Counted from the stretch's first letter, positions 1 through 10,489 are shown. The stretch is 64,000 nt of DNA from Candidatus Marinacidobacterales bacterium (GCA_965237955.1 OZ250169.1:6784001-6848000), one strand, 5' to 3'. The notes: generated by a model not told the origin, from the sequence alone. Translations and numbers: made by a program.

Positions 1-116
1 AGCTGTACGCGTAGGCGCCGCACTTCTCCGGAACGTTACCAAATGTAGCACCACCCCGGAATCGGATGTCCTCGCCAAGCCCCTGTGTTTGTGCGCTTTA
101 ACCCTCATTCCCGCGT

Positions 117-132
117 TTGGCCCGCGACTTGC
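117..132 (+). promoter_or_regulatory. sigma54 (-24/-12) promoter
   Basis: TTGGCCCGCGACTTGC: GG(119-120)-N10-GC(131-132), about 30 nt before an ATG with SD CAGGAGGT. Confidence 0.65.
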
Positions 133-164
133 AATAATCATGGTTGAACACCAGGAGGTGAATC

Positions 165-359
165 ATGTTGAGGCAAGGACCCATGACGCCAACGGTGTAC
201 GTCGAGACCAGCGAGAGTCGCCTCAATCCGCAGGCGATCGTCAAGATCATGTGGGACGATTCGCACGTCGAGCGCCAAAGCTTCGCGACGCTCGCGGAGG
301 CGCTCGAGTTCGCGCATAGCCTCTGCGACACCGAGGACGACGGCATAGCCACCGTCTAA
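165..359 (+). CDS. small hypothetical protein (64 aa), paralogue of 538..786
   Basis: Strong SD (CAGGAGGTG), sigma54 promoter, shared motifs with the next ORF. Confidence 0.7.
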   Translation: MLRQGPMTPTVYVETSESRLNPQAIVKIMWDDSHVERQSFATLAEALEFAHSLCDTEDDGIATV

Positions 360-498
360 TCCCGAGCGTCTCAAGAGTCACCTTCGCGGGACAACCGCAT
401 TTCAAAAGTAAACGTGTCGGATGCGGCAGGTCTACGCTAGTTTGCCGGTAAATCGTTGAAACGCAGCCGCTTACGACTCCTACACCCGACTCACTCCG

Positions 499-514
499 TT
501 GGCCCAGAGTTTGC
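499..514 (+). promoter_or_regulatory. sigma54 (-24/-12) promoter
   Basis: TTGGCCCAGAGTTTGC: GG(501-502)-N10-GC(513-514). Confidence 0.65.
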
Positions 515-537
515 ATAAGTGCTTGTCTGGGAAGGGG

Positions 538-786
538 ATGGGTTCTCGGGGCGACTCGATGAAATCCGCAGACAACTCTTTAGCCACTCCAATCGATCTA
601 GAGCGCGGTGTATTCGTCGAAGCCTGCCAGGACGGATGGGATCCACAGACCGTCGTGCGTCAGCTCGTGTGGCGCGGAGACGCAGTCCATGAAGAGCTCA
701 CGGTCTTTCCGTCGTTGCGCGAGGCGCTCGCCTACGCACAGCAAGCGTTCGCGACGCAGGACGGCCCCGAGCCATCCCCCGCCTAG
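538..786 (+). CDS. small hypothetical protein, paralogue of 165..359 (start 538 or 559)
   Basis: VFVE..DPQ..W..HEE..F.SLREALAYA aligns with VYVE..NPQ..W..HVE..F.TLAEALEFA. Confidence 0.65.
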   Translation: MGSRGDSMKSADNSLATPIDLERGVFVEACQDGWDPQTVVRQLVWRGDAVHEELTVFPSLREALAYAQQAFATQDGPEPSPA

Positions 787-1972
787 CCCCATGGAACATA
801 AAAAGATAGACAACACCGGCACTTCTGTGATCTGCTAAATGCATGAAACACAAGGGCCGGCGAAAAGCCGAATTGAAGCTGTCGTCTCAAGAAAGCGAAG
901 CGCTGACGCGACTGGCGCGACGCAGCCGTAGTTCGCCGCACCAAGCCTTCCGAGCGAAGATCGTGCTGGATTGCGCGGCGGGTCTGACGGATATGGAAGT
1001 TGCTAGGAAGATGCACACCATGAGGAGCACGGTGGGCAAGTGGCGAAGACGCTTTGTAGAACAACGAATGGAAGGGTTGTACGACGAACCTCGGCCGGGA
1101 GCGGCTCGCAAAATCGGCGATGACCAGATCGAGGAAGTCGTGACCAAGACGCTGGAGACGACTCCAAAGGGGAGAACCCATTGGAGTACGCGCTCGATGG
1201 CCAAGCATCTTGGGCTGAGTCATTCGACGATTGGACGTATTTGGCGAACGTTCGGGCTTCAACCGCACCGCTCGGAATCGTTTCGTCTCTCGCAAGACCC
1301 ACAACTGGTCGAAAAAGTACGCGACGTTGTTGGCCTGTATATGAACCCACCGGATAACGCGGTCGTCCTGTGCGTCGACGAGAAATCGCAGATTCAAGCG
1401 CTCGAGCGTGCTCAACCTGTCCTGCCCATGAGCTTGGGCCAGCCCGAGCGACAAACCCACGACTACATTCGGCATGGAACGACTGACCTGTTTGCCGCAC
1501 TCGACGCCGCAACAGGTGAAGTCTTCGGAAAGTGCTACGCGCGACATCGAGCGCTAGAGTTCAAGAAGTTCCTCGCTGAGATCGAAGCAGCCGTTCCCAG
1601 CGAGTTGGACATCCACGTCGTGCTCGACAATCTCGCCACGCACAAGACACCGGCGATCAAACGCTGGCTTTCCAAGCGACCTCGGTTCCACTTTCACTTC
1701 ACACCGACACACGCCTCTTGGCTCAACTTCGCTGAGCGCTTCTTTGGCTTGCTCACCGAACACGCCTTGCGACGAGGCTCGCACACGAGCGTGCCTCAGC
1801 TCCGCCGTTGCGATACAAGACTATCTCGATGCTCACAACGAGAACCCAAAGCCGTTCAAGTGGACGAAATCCGCCGACCAAATCCTCGAAACCATCGCTC
1901 GGTTCGCCCAGCGAACGCTCGATACACATGGCAAATCGAATTTGGACAGTAATTAAAGATCCGGGGGACTAG
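783..1972 (+). mobile_element. IS630-family insertion sequence
   Basis: Bounded by CTAG at 783-786 and 1969-1972; imperfect IRs CTAGCCCCATGGAAC / CTAGTCCCCCGGATC; encodes an IS630 transposase. Confidence 0.9.
843..1956 (+). pseudogene. IS630 transposase (HTH + DDE) with frameshift near 1808
   Basis: [40 protein letters not shown] motifs; C-terminus [22 protein letters not shown] lies in another frame ending 1956. Confidence 0.9.
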
Positions 1973-1991
1973 CCCGTGGTAACCTCCCCGC

Positions 1992-2200
1992 TTGAATTGC
2001 TCGGAGGATTTCGGTCCCTTTCACAGTAAAACCTGGCTCAACTGTTCTCATCAAGGCGCGCTACCGCTGGTTGCGGCCGAGGCAGCGATGGAAGCCATCG
2101 CGTGGAAGCAGGCGCCTTACAACCTCACCTCGAAGCGATTCACTGACGTTCCGGCTCGGCTGAGATCGGCGCTTTCGAAGCTTCTCGGCGCACCTCTACG
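1992..2200 (+). pseudogene. N-terminal fragment of a class V aminotransferase / cysteine desulfurase-like protein
   Basis: FGPFHSKTWLNCSHQGALP...RLRSALSKLLGA resembles a class V N-terminus; truncated against the convergent hydA. Confidence 0.55.
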
Positions 2201-2236
2201 ACACCACCGACGACATCGACCGCGCGCTGGTCGCGC

Positions 2237-3709
2237 TCACCACACTCCGTCGAAACCGTAGCGCTTGGTGAGCTCGGCTTCGGGAGACGTTCGACCTCGA
2301 GGCTCGGCGGAGGATGGTTTCTCACGGGGGATGAACTCACCGCTTCCCTTCTCCACCTGGAGCTCACCGTTGTCGACGACGAGCCGACCCCGGCTCAGAA
2401 CTTGTACGGGCCAACCGCGGACTTTTTTGCCTTCGTACGGTGTGTAGCCCACGTTGTCGTGGAGGTTCTCCCACGCGATCGTGACCTCTTGGTTCGCATC
2501 CCAAATCACGAGATCGGCGTCGGCGCCAATGGAAATGCTGCCCTTGCGTGGGAACATTCCGTAGAGCTTCGCGGCCCGCGTCGATGTGAGCTCGACGAAG
2601 CGATGAAGGTCGATGCGGTTTTTCAAAACCCCCTCGGAGAAGAGTAGCGGCATGCGCACTTCGAGCCCCGGAACGCCGTTCGCGATTTTGTTGAACGGTG
2701 CATCTTCACCTTGCGAGAGCTTTCCGGTCTCGTCGAATCGATACGGAGCGTGATCCGACGAGAACACTTGGAACGTGCCATCCGCGAGCCCTCGCCACAT
2801 CGCTTTTTGCGACGCTTCGTCACGGGGCGGCGGGCTGCAGCAGCACATCGCTCCGGCCATGTCCGGCTGGTCGAGATCTTCTGCGGTGAGAAATAAATAT
2901 TACGGGCACGTTTCGGCGAAAACCTTGAGGCCGCCCCGTTGCGCACGCTGGATGGCGCTCATCCCTTCTTCGGCGGAGACGTGGACGTTCAAACAAGGCG
3001 CGTCGAGAAACTCCGCGAGCGAGATCGCCCGGGACGTAGCCTCGCCCTCGGCGATCCGCGGATGGCTGACCGCATGGAACTTCGGTGCCACCGCGCCGTG
3101 GTCGAGAAGGCGCTCGGTGAGCCAGCGAATGAGATCGTGGTTCTCCGCGTGGACCATCGTGAGCGCGCCTTCGCGCCGCGCCAAGGAGAAGACGTCGAGC
3201 ATCTGGTAGTCGTCGAGACGGAGCGCATCGTAGGTCATATAGACCTTGAACGACGTGTAGCCGTTTCGGATGAGCTCGGGAAGCTCGTCTTTCAGCACCG
3301 TCTCGGTCGGGTCCGAGATGATGAGATGAAAGGAGTAGTCGATGACAGCCTTTTCCTTCGCCCGCGCGTGGTAGTCGCTCAGGACTTTCGGCAGCGAGTC
3401 GCCTTTGTGCTGCGCCGCGAAAGAAAGGATGGTCGTGGTGCCGCCGTGCGCGGCGGAGACGGTCCCAGTGTAGAAATCGTCGGCGCACATGATGCCCGAC
3501 GAAGACAGTTGCTCGATGTGGGTGTGGCTATCGATCCCGCCGGGAAAAACATAGTTCCCGTCCGCGTCGATCTCGCGCTTGCCCTTTCCGAGCTTCTTGC
3601 CGATCGCTGCGATCGTGCCTCGCTCGACGCCGATATCGCAGAACACTTCCTCGGTTGCGGTGACGACGTTCCCGTCGCGAATCACTAAATCGAAGTCCAT
3701 GAAGTCCAT
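2237..3709 (-). pseudogene. hydA: dihydropyrimidinase / D-hydantoinase with in-frame TAA at 2900-2902
   Basis: PGGIDSHTH, SFKVYMTY, VHAEN, AETCP*YLFLT (CAA>TAA), SSDHAPY, GADADLVIWD; both ORFs are in the same frame. Confidence 0.9.
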
Positions 3710-3742
3710 AAGGGGGCGTATGGTAGCATCCCGGCCGAGCCT

Positions 3743-5518
3743 ATGCCGTTAGCGCCCATCGATTGGTTCATCATCGTCGCCTACTTCGTCATCGCGCTCG
3801 CCGTCGGCCTCTACTACCGCAAGCGCGCGGGTGAGAGCCTCTCCGAGTTCTTTCTGTCCGGGCGCTCGCTTCCCTGGTGGATCGCCGGGACTTCTATGGT
3901 CGCGACATCGTTCGCCGCCGACACACCGCTCGCGGTGACCGGCCTCATCGCGCGCCACGGCATCGCCGGCAACTGGTTCTGGTGGTCGTTCGCCCTCGGC
4001 GGGATGGTGACCGTGTTCGTCTACGCTCGCCTGTGGCGCCGCGCCGGGGTCATGACCGACGTCGAGCTCGTCGAGCTCCGCTACGGCGGCAAACCCGCCG
4101 CGTTTCTTCGCGGCTTTCGATCGATCTACATCGCGCTTCTGGTGAACTCGATCATCGTTGGCTGGGTTACAGCGGCAATGCTCAACGTGCTCAAATTCAC
4201 GGTGTTCTCGGGCACCGAGGCCGGATCGGGTGCGAGCGACTGGTTCATCATCCTCGTCTTGTTCGCCATCGTCGGCGTCTACAGCACGCTTTCAGGCCTC
4301 TGGGGTGTGGTCATCACCGACTTCATTCAGTTCATCGTCGCCATGGTGGGCTCGATCGTGTTCGCGGCGTACTGCGTCCGCCACGTGGGCGGCTTGGACG
4401 CCTTGCGCGAGCGCCTGACCACGGGCTATGACGGCGGTGAGCAGATTCTGCGGTTTCTCCCCGACTTCACTGCCGCCGAGCCGTGGATGCCCCTGAACAT
4501 CTTTCTAATAATGTTGTTCGTTCAGTGGTGGGCGTCGTGGTACCCGGGCTCGGAGCCCGGTGGCGGCGGCTCCACCGTGCAGCGCATGGCGTCTTGCCGA
4601 AGCGAGCGCGACTCGCTTCTGGCGACGTTATGGTTCCAGCTCGCGCACTACTGCCTGCGCCCGTGGCCGTGGCTTCTCGTCGCGTTGACGGCGCTGGCTG
4701 TCTATCCCGACCTGCGCCAGCTCGACGACCCCGGCGTTGGCTATCCCATGCTCATCCGCGACATCGCGCCCCCGGGGCTTCGTGGGGTCATGCTCGTCGT
4801 TTTCTTCGCGGCGTTCATGTCGACGCTCAGCACCCAAATCAACTGGGCGGCGTCGTATCTAGTCGGCGATTTCTACCGGCGTTTTCTGAAACCCGAAGCC
4901 GACGACCGGCACCTCGCGCGCGTTTCGAGGCTTGCGACGTTATTCGTGATGGTCGTGTGCGCGGGCGCCGCTTGGCTCATGCGCGGCATCGCCGTCGATG
5001 AGGCGTGGAAGTTTCTCGCCGCGCTCGGGGCCGGCACCGGGGCGGTCTTCATGCTCCGGTGGTTCTGGTGGCGCATCAACGCGTGGTCCGAGATCAGCGC
5101 GATGATCGCGTCACTCATCTACTTCGTCATCGTGAGCCAGTACGTCGAAGCGAACGAGCACCGCCTCGCGATCGTCGCCGCGCTGACGATCCCGACGTGG
5201 CTCTTCGTGACGTTTCTTACCCGGCCCGAGAAAGACGAGACGCTCGACACGTTCTACGACCAGATTCGTCCGGGTGGCGCGGGGTGGAAACCCGTCGCGG
5301 CAAGGAAGCCCGGGGTCGACGTTGATCAACACCTCGTCTGGTCGATCATCGCTGCGTTCCTCGCCACGGCGGTCGTCTACCTGACGATCCCGGGGGTTGG
5401 AATGATGCTCTTCGGTCAGTACGGCCGGGGTCTACTCGCGTTGAGCGGCGCGGTCGGGTGCGCGGTCGCCACGTACCAGATCGTCCACCGCATCGGCTGG
5501 GAGAAGATGACGCGGTAG
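3743..5518 (+). CDS. sodium:solute symporter (SSS) family transporter
   Basis: FFLSGRSLPWWIAGTSMVATSF, GLWGVVITDFIQF, VQRM, AAFMSTLSTQINW; many TM helices. Confidence 0.92.
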   Translation: MPLAPIDWFIIVAYFVIALAVGLYYRKRAGESLSEFFLSGRSLPWWIAGTSMVATSFAADTPLAVTGLIARHGIAGNWFWWSFALGGMVTVFVYARLWRRAGVMTDVELVELRYGGKPAAFLRGFRSIYIALLVNSIIVGWVTAAMLNVLKFTVFSGTEAGSGASDWFIILVLFAIVGVYSTLSGLWGVVITDFIQFIVAMVGSIVFAAYCVRHVGGLDALRERLTTGYDGGEQILRFLPDFTAAEPWMPLNIFLIMLFVQWWASWYPGSEPGGGGSTVQRMASCRSERDSLLATLWFQLAHYCLRPWPWLLVALTALAVYPDLRQLDDPGVGYPMLIRDIAPPGLRGVMLVVFFAAFMSTLSTQINWAASYLVGDFYRRFLKPEADDRHLARVSRLATLFVMVVCAGAAWLMRGIAVDEAWKFLAALGAGTGAVFMLRWFWWRINAWSEISAMIASLIYFVIVSQYVEANEHRLAIVAALTIPTWLFVTFLTRPEKDETLDTFYDQIRPGGAGWKPVAARKPGVDVDQHLVWSIIAAFLATAVVYLTIPGVGMMLFGQYGRGLLALSGAVGCAVATYQIVHRIGWEKMTR

Positions 5519-5520
5519 GC

Positions 5521-5625
5521 CCCTGGGAGCATCGTGGAAGCGCTGATCGGCTAGGCCGTGCCTGACTCACGTGAGTCACGCTTTCCGCAGGATTTCCACA
5601 GCCTTTTTGGCAGTTTTTCCACAGA
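5521..5625. repeat. copy A of a ~100-bp direct repeat (methyltransferase 3' end + palindrome + TTTCCRCA boxes)
   Basis: Matches 7181-7415 once the MITE is removed; palindrome TGACTCACGTGAGTCA at 5563-5578. Confidence 0.85.
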
Positions 5626-5649
5626 TTCGGCCAGGAAACGGTCGGCGGT

Positions 5650-5860
5650 ATCGAGAAGAGGCCCAGGTTCGTTCGGTAAATCAAGACTTCGTCGCCGTAG
5701 ACTATTCGGCCATCCTCCATAAGCCGCTATTCGGCACGGAAAACTATGTGACACCACCGAATCGCGCTAGCAGAATTTCGTGGAGGGAAGCCAACGTTTC
5801 GGCTTCTACCGGCCGCCTGTCATTGAAGAAGATCCGTATGTAGAGCTCATATTCTTTCAC
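5650..5860 (-). pseudogene. degraded small protein (MKEYELYIRIFFND...FGGVT*F)
   Basis: GTG start overlaps the stop of 5847..6059; internal TAG and a frameshift; 3' end approximate. Confidence 0.45.
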
Positions 5861-6059
5861 CGGACAATCCCCCTATGGGCGGGACGTCCGTCAAGCGACT
5901 CACCTCTTGAAACACAATTCCCGCATCGCGCAGTGGTTTGGCTGCGCCGCCTGAAATGATGTACGTGCTGTTCGGTAGCACGGTGCCGCGTGAATGGCGC
6001 AAGAGGATAGGAAGAGCCTTGAGCTCCTCGGGCTTCGTTAGACGTACGACGAGATCCAT
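5847..6059 (-). CDS. small hypothetical protein (70 aa)
   Basis: SD AGGAG before MDLVVRLTKPEELKALPILLRHS; coupled to the downstream degraded gene. Confidence 0.55.
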   Translation of the reverse strand: MDLVVRLTKPEELKALPILLRHSRGTVLPNSTYIISGGAAKPLRDAGIVFQEVSRLTDVPPIGGLSGERI

Positions 6060-6188
6060 GGATTCGCTCCTGGTTAGTGTATCGGGTTCTTCAATCTTGT
6101 GGCCCTGTGGGCCCGTGGACCCCGGGGTTTGTGCAGTCGGAGCACACTCTGGTAGCATCCCCGCCACGTATTCAACGGAGTACTGACG

Positions 6189-7214
6189 ATGAGTGAAAAC
6201 GGACCGAACGAACCGAATCCGCGCGAAGCGCTTCTTCAGATGGTGAACTCGTACTTGATCTCGCAGGCGCTCTACGTCGCCGCCAAGCTCGGCATTGCCG
6301 ACTTGCTCGCCGACGGCCCCAAGAGCTCCGACGAGATCGCCGCCGCCGTGGATTGCCACCCGCCGTCGGTCTATCGCGTTCTCCGAAGTGTGGCGGGTGT
6401 GGGCGTATTCGCGGAGGGCGAGGACGGTCGTTTCGAGCTCACCCCGATGGGTGACCTCCTGAGGAGCGATACCGAGGGCTCCTTGAAAGGTTGGACCATC
6501 ATCCGCGGTGAGCCCTTTCTCTGGCGGCCGTGGGGCGAGATCCTCCACAGCGTCAAGACGGGCCGTTCCGCGTTCGACCATGTCTTCGGGAAAGGGGTCT
6601 TCGACTACCTTGGCGAAAACCAGGACGTTGCCCGCATGTTCGATAACGCCATGCGCTCGATCTCTCACGGGAAGTTCGAGGCGGTGGCCGAGGCTTACGA
6701 CTTCTCCGACGTCGAAACGCTGGTGGACGTTGGTGGCGGCAACGGCGGGATGATGACGGCGATCCTCAAAGCCAATACTCACTTGAAGGGAACGATTGCG
6801 GAGCTCCCCCAAGTCGTCGATCACGCCAAGGAACGGATGGAAGAGGCCGGACTCACCGAACGCTGCGAGTGCGTTCCGGTCGACATGTTCGAGAGCGTCC
6901 CGGCAAGCGACGCTTACATCCTGGGGAACGTCATCCACGATTGGGACGACGAGCGCTAGATCACCATCTTGAGCAATTGCCGTAAAGCCATGCCGGACGG
7001 CGGCAGAGTCCTGCTCGTCGAGTTGGTGCTGACGCCCGGCAACGAGTTCCATCTCGGGAAGCTCGTCGATGTCGAGATGCTCGTCATGACCGAAGGCGGC
7101 CTCGAACGCACGGAGGCCGGGTACCAGAAGCTCTTCGAATCGGCCGGCCTGCGCCTGCACGCCGTGTACGAGACGCCAACCCCTTAGGGCATCGTGGAAG
7201 CGCGGGTGGGCTAG
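6189..7214 (+). pseudogene. O-methyltransferase family 2 (COMT-type) with in-frame TAG at 6957 and 7185
   Basis: Dimerisation HTH, LVDVGGGNG, NVIHDWDDER*, GGLERT; the frame continues to TAG 7212-7214. Confidence 0.9.
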
Positions 7215-7343
7215 TCCCCTGTATCAGAACAAACTAGATAAAGCAGAGCTTGCCGAAACCATTCTAAGTGCATGAATCTTATGAATCTTATGGGCTGGCG
7301 AAAAGCCTAACTTTGTATAGTAATCAAAGATCCGGGGGACTAG
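7211..7343. mobile_element. 133-bp MITE, internal-deletion derivative of an IS630 element
   Basis: CTAG at both ends; right end 28/31 identical to the IS630 right end; retains a diverged transposase start (CTAAGTGCATGAA...GGGCTGGCGAAAAGCC); absent from repeat copy A. Confidence 0.88.
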
Positions 7344-7349
7344 GTCCAA

Positions 7350-7415
7350 CGTGACTCACGTGAGTCACGCTTTCCACAGGATTTCCACAGCCTTTTTTGG
7401 CAGTTTTCCGCAGTT
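7350..7415. repeat. copy B of the direct repeat: 20-bp perfect palindrome + three TTTCCRCA boxes
   Basis: CGTGACTCACGTGAGTCACG (7350-7369) then CTTTCCACA, ATTTCCACA, TTTTCCGCA. Confidence 0.85.
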
Positions 7416-7469
7416 TGGCGCACACCTGTGCGCTGGAATCGTGCTAACCTCTCCCGCCCAGGATCACGG

Positions 7470-7906
7470 CTGGGAGACTCGTTTGGGTCGATCGCGACGG
7501 CAACGCCGAGCCGCTACCTGCGGATGCGCTCCCCTTCATGCGAGCCGAGCTGTCACCCGACGGGAGCTTGGTGGCGCTCGACGTCGAGTCGGCGAGAGGC
7601 GACGTTTGGATCTACGACACGGTACGGGACGTCAGGACGCGCTTGACGTTCGAGTGGCTCAACTTGCTCGTGGGATGGCATCCGGACGGCAAGCAAATCT
7701 TGTTTCGCACATCCGCGGGCACCGACAACTAGCTGAGCCAGGTGGCGGTGGACGGAAGCGGGAACGTCGAGCGGCTCGGGACAAGTAACGATCCGGTGAG
7801 GTACGGTCTCAGTTCCTGGTCGCCCGACGGCGAGTATTTAGCGTAGGTGGAGATCCATCCCTCCACCGGGTCGGATATCTGGGTCGTTTCGTCGGATCGT
7901 TCCTAG
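7470..7906 (+). pseudogene. fragment of a PD40/TolB-like beta-propeller
   Basis: LSPDGSLVA, DVWIYD..RTRLTF, WHPDGKQI, SWSPDGEYLA*; TAGs at 7730 and 7844; 5' boundary approximate. Confidence 0.75.
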
Positions 7907-8340
7907 TCCGTAGGTCGGCACAGTGTCCCATCGATCTTGGGATTGTGCGGCAGTTGCATCGTCAGCACTGGATGTTGACCGACCGGCACGTACGCCTTGA
8001 CGAACTCTAAGAACAAGTACGCCACATCGTCACCAGGATAGTAGCAGCCCTCGATCGTCGTTGGCTTGACGTCCGTCAACTGTTGGACCCGAAACGGAAC
8101 AAACGATCGACCGTCCGCATCGGTAGCGGGTTGCCATGTCAGAAGCCGCAGCTCCGGCGGCTCGACGACAACGCGGGCTCGACTGAAACTGAACAGAGGC
8201 CGAATCCCTCTTTTTTGAAGGGGCTCCAGGACGAGCTCGTCGATGCGCTCTCGGGCGTCGGGCCGAATATCCGGGGACGTGACGTTAGCGCTCAGCGAGA
8301 AGGCCAAAAACAGAACGCTCATTGCGGCTAGGCGTTTCAT
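7903..8340 (-). CDS. secreted hypothetical protein
   Basis: SD AAGGAG; signal peptide MKRLAAMSVLFLAFSLSA. Confidence 0.65.
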   Translation of the reverse strand: MKRLAAMSVLFLAFSLSANVTSPDIRPDARERIDELVLEPLQKRGIRPLFSFSRARVVVEPPELRLLTWQPATDADGRSFVPFRVQQLTDVKPTTIEGCYYPGDDVAYLFLEFVKAYVPVGQHPVLTMQLPHNPKIDGTLCRPTD

Positions 8341-8959
8341 GGTGACTCCTTTCGTGTGTGTTGCGAATCCATAGCTCCGCCAGGGCAGCGTTGCCGACAA
8401 CGCTGAGCCAGACGGACGCGATGTAGTTGGTTTCATAGGGCAACTCAAGAAGCTGGAATGCGAGGTGATAGACGCGGAACGAAATCGCGCTCGCAACTTG
8501 GGCGTAGGAGTGCACGGCTGCGGCTCGATGACGCGGCTCATCGCCGCGACGAGCCGAGCGGATGGCCTCGACCATCGTCATCCCCAAGATCACGGCGGAC
8601 AGAACAAAGCCCGACCCCGACGCCCAGCCGTACTTCGAGTAGGGGGCAAGATAAACGCCGGTTGGAACCATCATGAAGAGAATGATGGACGCGTAGCCTC
8701 TGCCGAGGACTCGGTGTAGTCTCGGCCAGCGCTCCCTAGCGCGCCGCGCCAGGAGAACGAGTCCCGCAGGCAAGCAGACGAGGCCGCAAGCGACGTGCAT
8801 TTTCAAGGTCACCAACCACAGCGCGTCGAGGCTCAACGGCATGCGCTCGAGCAAGAACGGATGGCGTATCCCCGGAAGTAGATAAGGCAGACTACTCGCG
8901 ATAAGAAGCGCACCGCCGGAAATCACCACGAGCCATGTCGCTCTCTTCATCAACTCCAT
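8285..8959 (-). CDS. DUF2306-like membrane protein
   Basis: RLHRVLGRGY, HRAAAVHSYA..ISFR; several TM helices. Confidence 0.7.
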   Translation of the reverse strand: MELMKRATWLVVISGGALLIASSLPYLLPGIRHPFLLERMPLSLDALWLVTLKMHVACGLVCLPAGLVLLARRARERWPRLHRVLGRGYASIILFMMVPTGVYLAPYSKYGWASGSGFVLSAVILGMTMVEAIRSARRGDEPRHRAAAVHSYAQVASAISFRVYHLAFQLLELPYETNYIASVWLSVVGNAALAELWIRNTHERSHHETPSRNERSVFGLLAER

Positions 8960-9067
8960 GAATTCATGGTGCCCTAGATCTGCCCGACGTAGCGTAAAAG
9001 GGGCGTAAAAGCCGTATTTGCAGCGTGCCTGTCGTCGCTCTAACATCCTTTGAGAGGAGACTCGTTG

Positions 9068-10324
9068 ATGCTAAGAAGAGCCCTGCTCGTCGTCCTTTGG
9101 TTATTCGCTGCCACCACTTCCGCTGAAGACAACGTCCGCATGATTACCGTCGAAGGCGAGGGCGCCAACTATTGGCCGGGCTGGCGCGGTCCGTCGGCTC
9201 AGGGCTATGTGAAGGGCTCGGGATACCCGGACACATGGTCGAGCACGGACAACGTTCTGTGGCGCGTGTCGATTCCGGGCGAAGGCAACTCGTCGCCGAT
9301 CGTTTGGCGCGATCGGATTTTCCTCACGACGTCGCGCACCGGCGGTCGCAAGCTGTCGCTACTGAGCTTCCGCCGGACCGACGGGAAGATGCTCTGGGAA
9401 ACGGCGATCCCGCAAGACGGCGTCGAGCGCGGGCACAACAAAAACGGTCATGCGTCGGCGACGCCGATCACCGACGGCCGGCTCGTCTATGCGTCGTTCG
9501 GCACTCACGGCCTCTACGCGTTCGACTTCGACGGCAAGATCGTATGGCACGCGCAAGTACCGAAGCTCGACAACTACCACGGCTCCGCGGGCTCCCCAGT
9601 CCTCTACCAGAACACGGTCATCTTGTATCAAGACCACCAGGGGCAATCGTTTGTGGTCGCGTTTCACAAGCAGACCGGCAACATGATCTGGAGAACCAAA
9701 CGCGATGCCCGAACCGGTTGGGGAACGCCCGTCGTCATCCGCGCGGGTCGCCGCGACGAGCTCATCGTCTCGAGCCAGCACAAAGTCACGGCGTACGATC
9801 CTGCAACGGGCACGGAGCTATGGTCCGTCACCGGGAACAAGCGCGAAGTCATCCCGACGCCGGTGGTCGGGCAGGATCTCGTCTTCGCATCCTCGGGCCG
9901 CGCGGGCCCAACGATCGCCATCCGAGCTGGCGGGCGTGGCGATGTCACCGACAGTCACGTCGTTTGGCGGAGCTCGAAGGGCGCACCGTTCGTGCCCTCC
10001 GCCATCATCGTCGACGAGCAGCTCTACACGATCAACGACATGCAGGCCGTCGTCACCAGCTTCGAGGCCACGACCGGCAAGGTTCTATTCCAAGGACGTC
10101 TCGGGAGGGCTCCGAGGGAAGGCTTTTCGGCGTCACCCGTCACCGTGGACGGAAAAGTGTTCTTCACCAACGACGAAGGCGAGACGTTCGTCCTGAAAAC
10201 GGGACCCGAGTTCGAGCTACTGCACGTGAATCGACTGGGCGCGCGAACCCTCGCCTCACCCGCGCTCGTGGATGGTCGTTGGTACTTCCGAACGCAAAAC
10301 GAGCTGATCTGTATCGGAAGCTAA
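9068..10324 (+). CDS. PQQ-binding-like (BamB-type) beta-propeller protein
   Basis: Signal peptide, WPGWRGP, GNSSPIVW, ASATPITDG, FSASPV, TLASPA. Confidence 0.9.
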   Translation: MLRRALLVVLWLFAATTSAEDNVRMITVEGEGANYWPGWRGPSAQGYVKGSGYPDTWSSTDNVLWRVSIPGEGNSSPIVWRDRIFLTTSRTGGRKLSLLSFRRTDGKMLWETAIPQDGVERGHNKNGHASATPITDGRLVYASFGTHGLYAFDFDGKIVWHAQVPKLDNYHGSAGSPVLYQNTVILYQDHQGQSFVVAFHKQTGNMIWRTKRDARTGWGTPVVIRAGRRDELIVSSQHKVTAYDPATGTELWSVTGNKREVIPTPVVGQDLVFASSGRAGPTIAIRAGGRGDVTDSHVVWRSSKGAPFVPSAIIVDEQLYTINDMQAVVTSFEATTGKVLFQGRLGRAPREGFSASPVTVDGKVFFTNDEGETFVLKTGPEFELLHVNRLGARTLASPALVDGRWYFRTQNELICIGS

Positions 10325-10489
10325 CTCGGGCTTACATCTGGATCGTACTCGCGAACAAGGACGTCCTTGCTCACGATGCGAAGAAGTCGACACGTCCCTC
10401 CCGCCGGACCAAGAACAGGCATCCCTTGACTTGATCTACGGCGCCGAGTGGGAGGAGTAATGCGGTTCCACGCGAGCCTCGATTCAATG

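Noticed and set aside
5580-7415. Replication origin (DnaA-box cluster)
   Set aside because: Few boxes, no AT-rich unwinding element, no dnaA/dnaN/gyrB context, and the unit is duplicated
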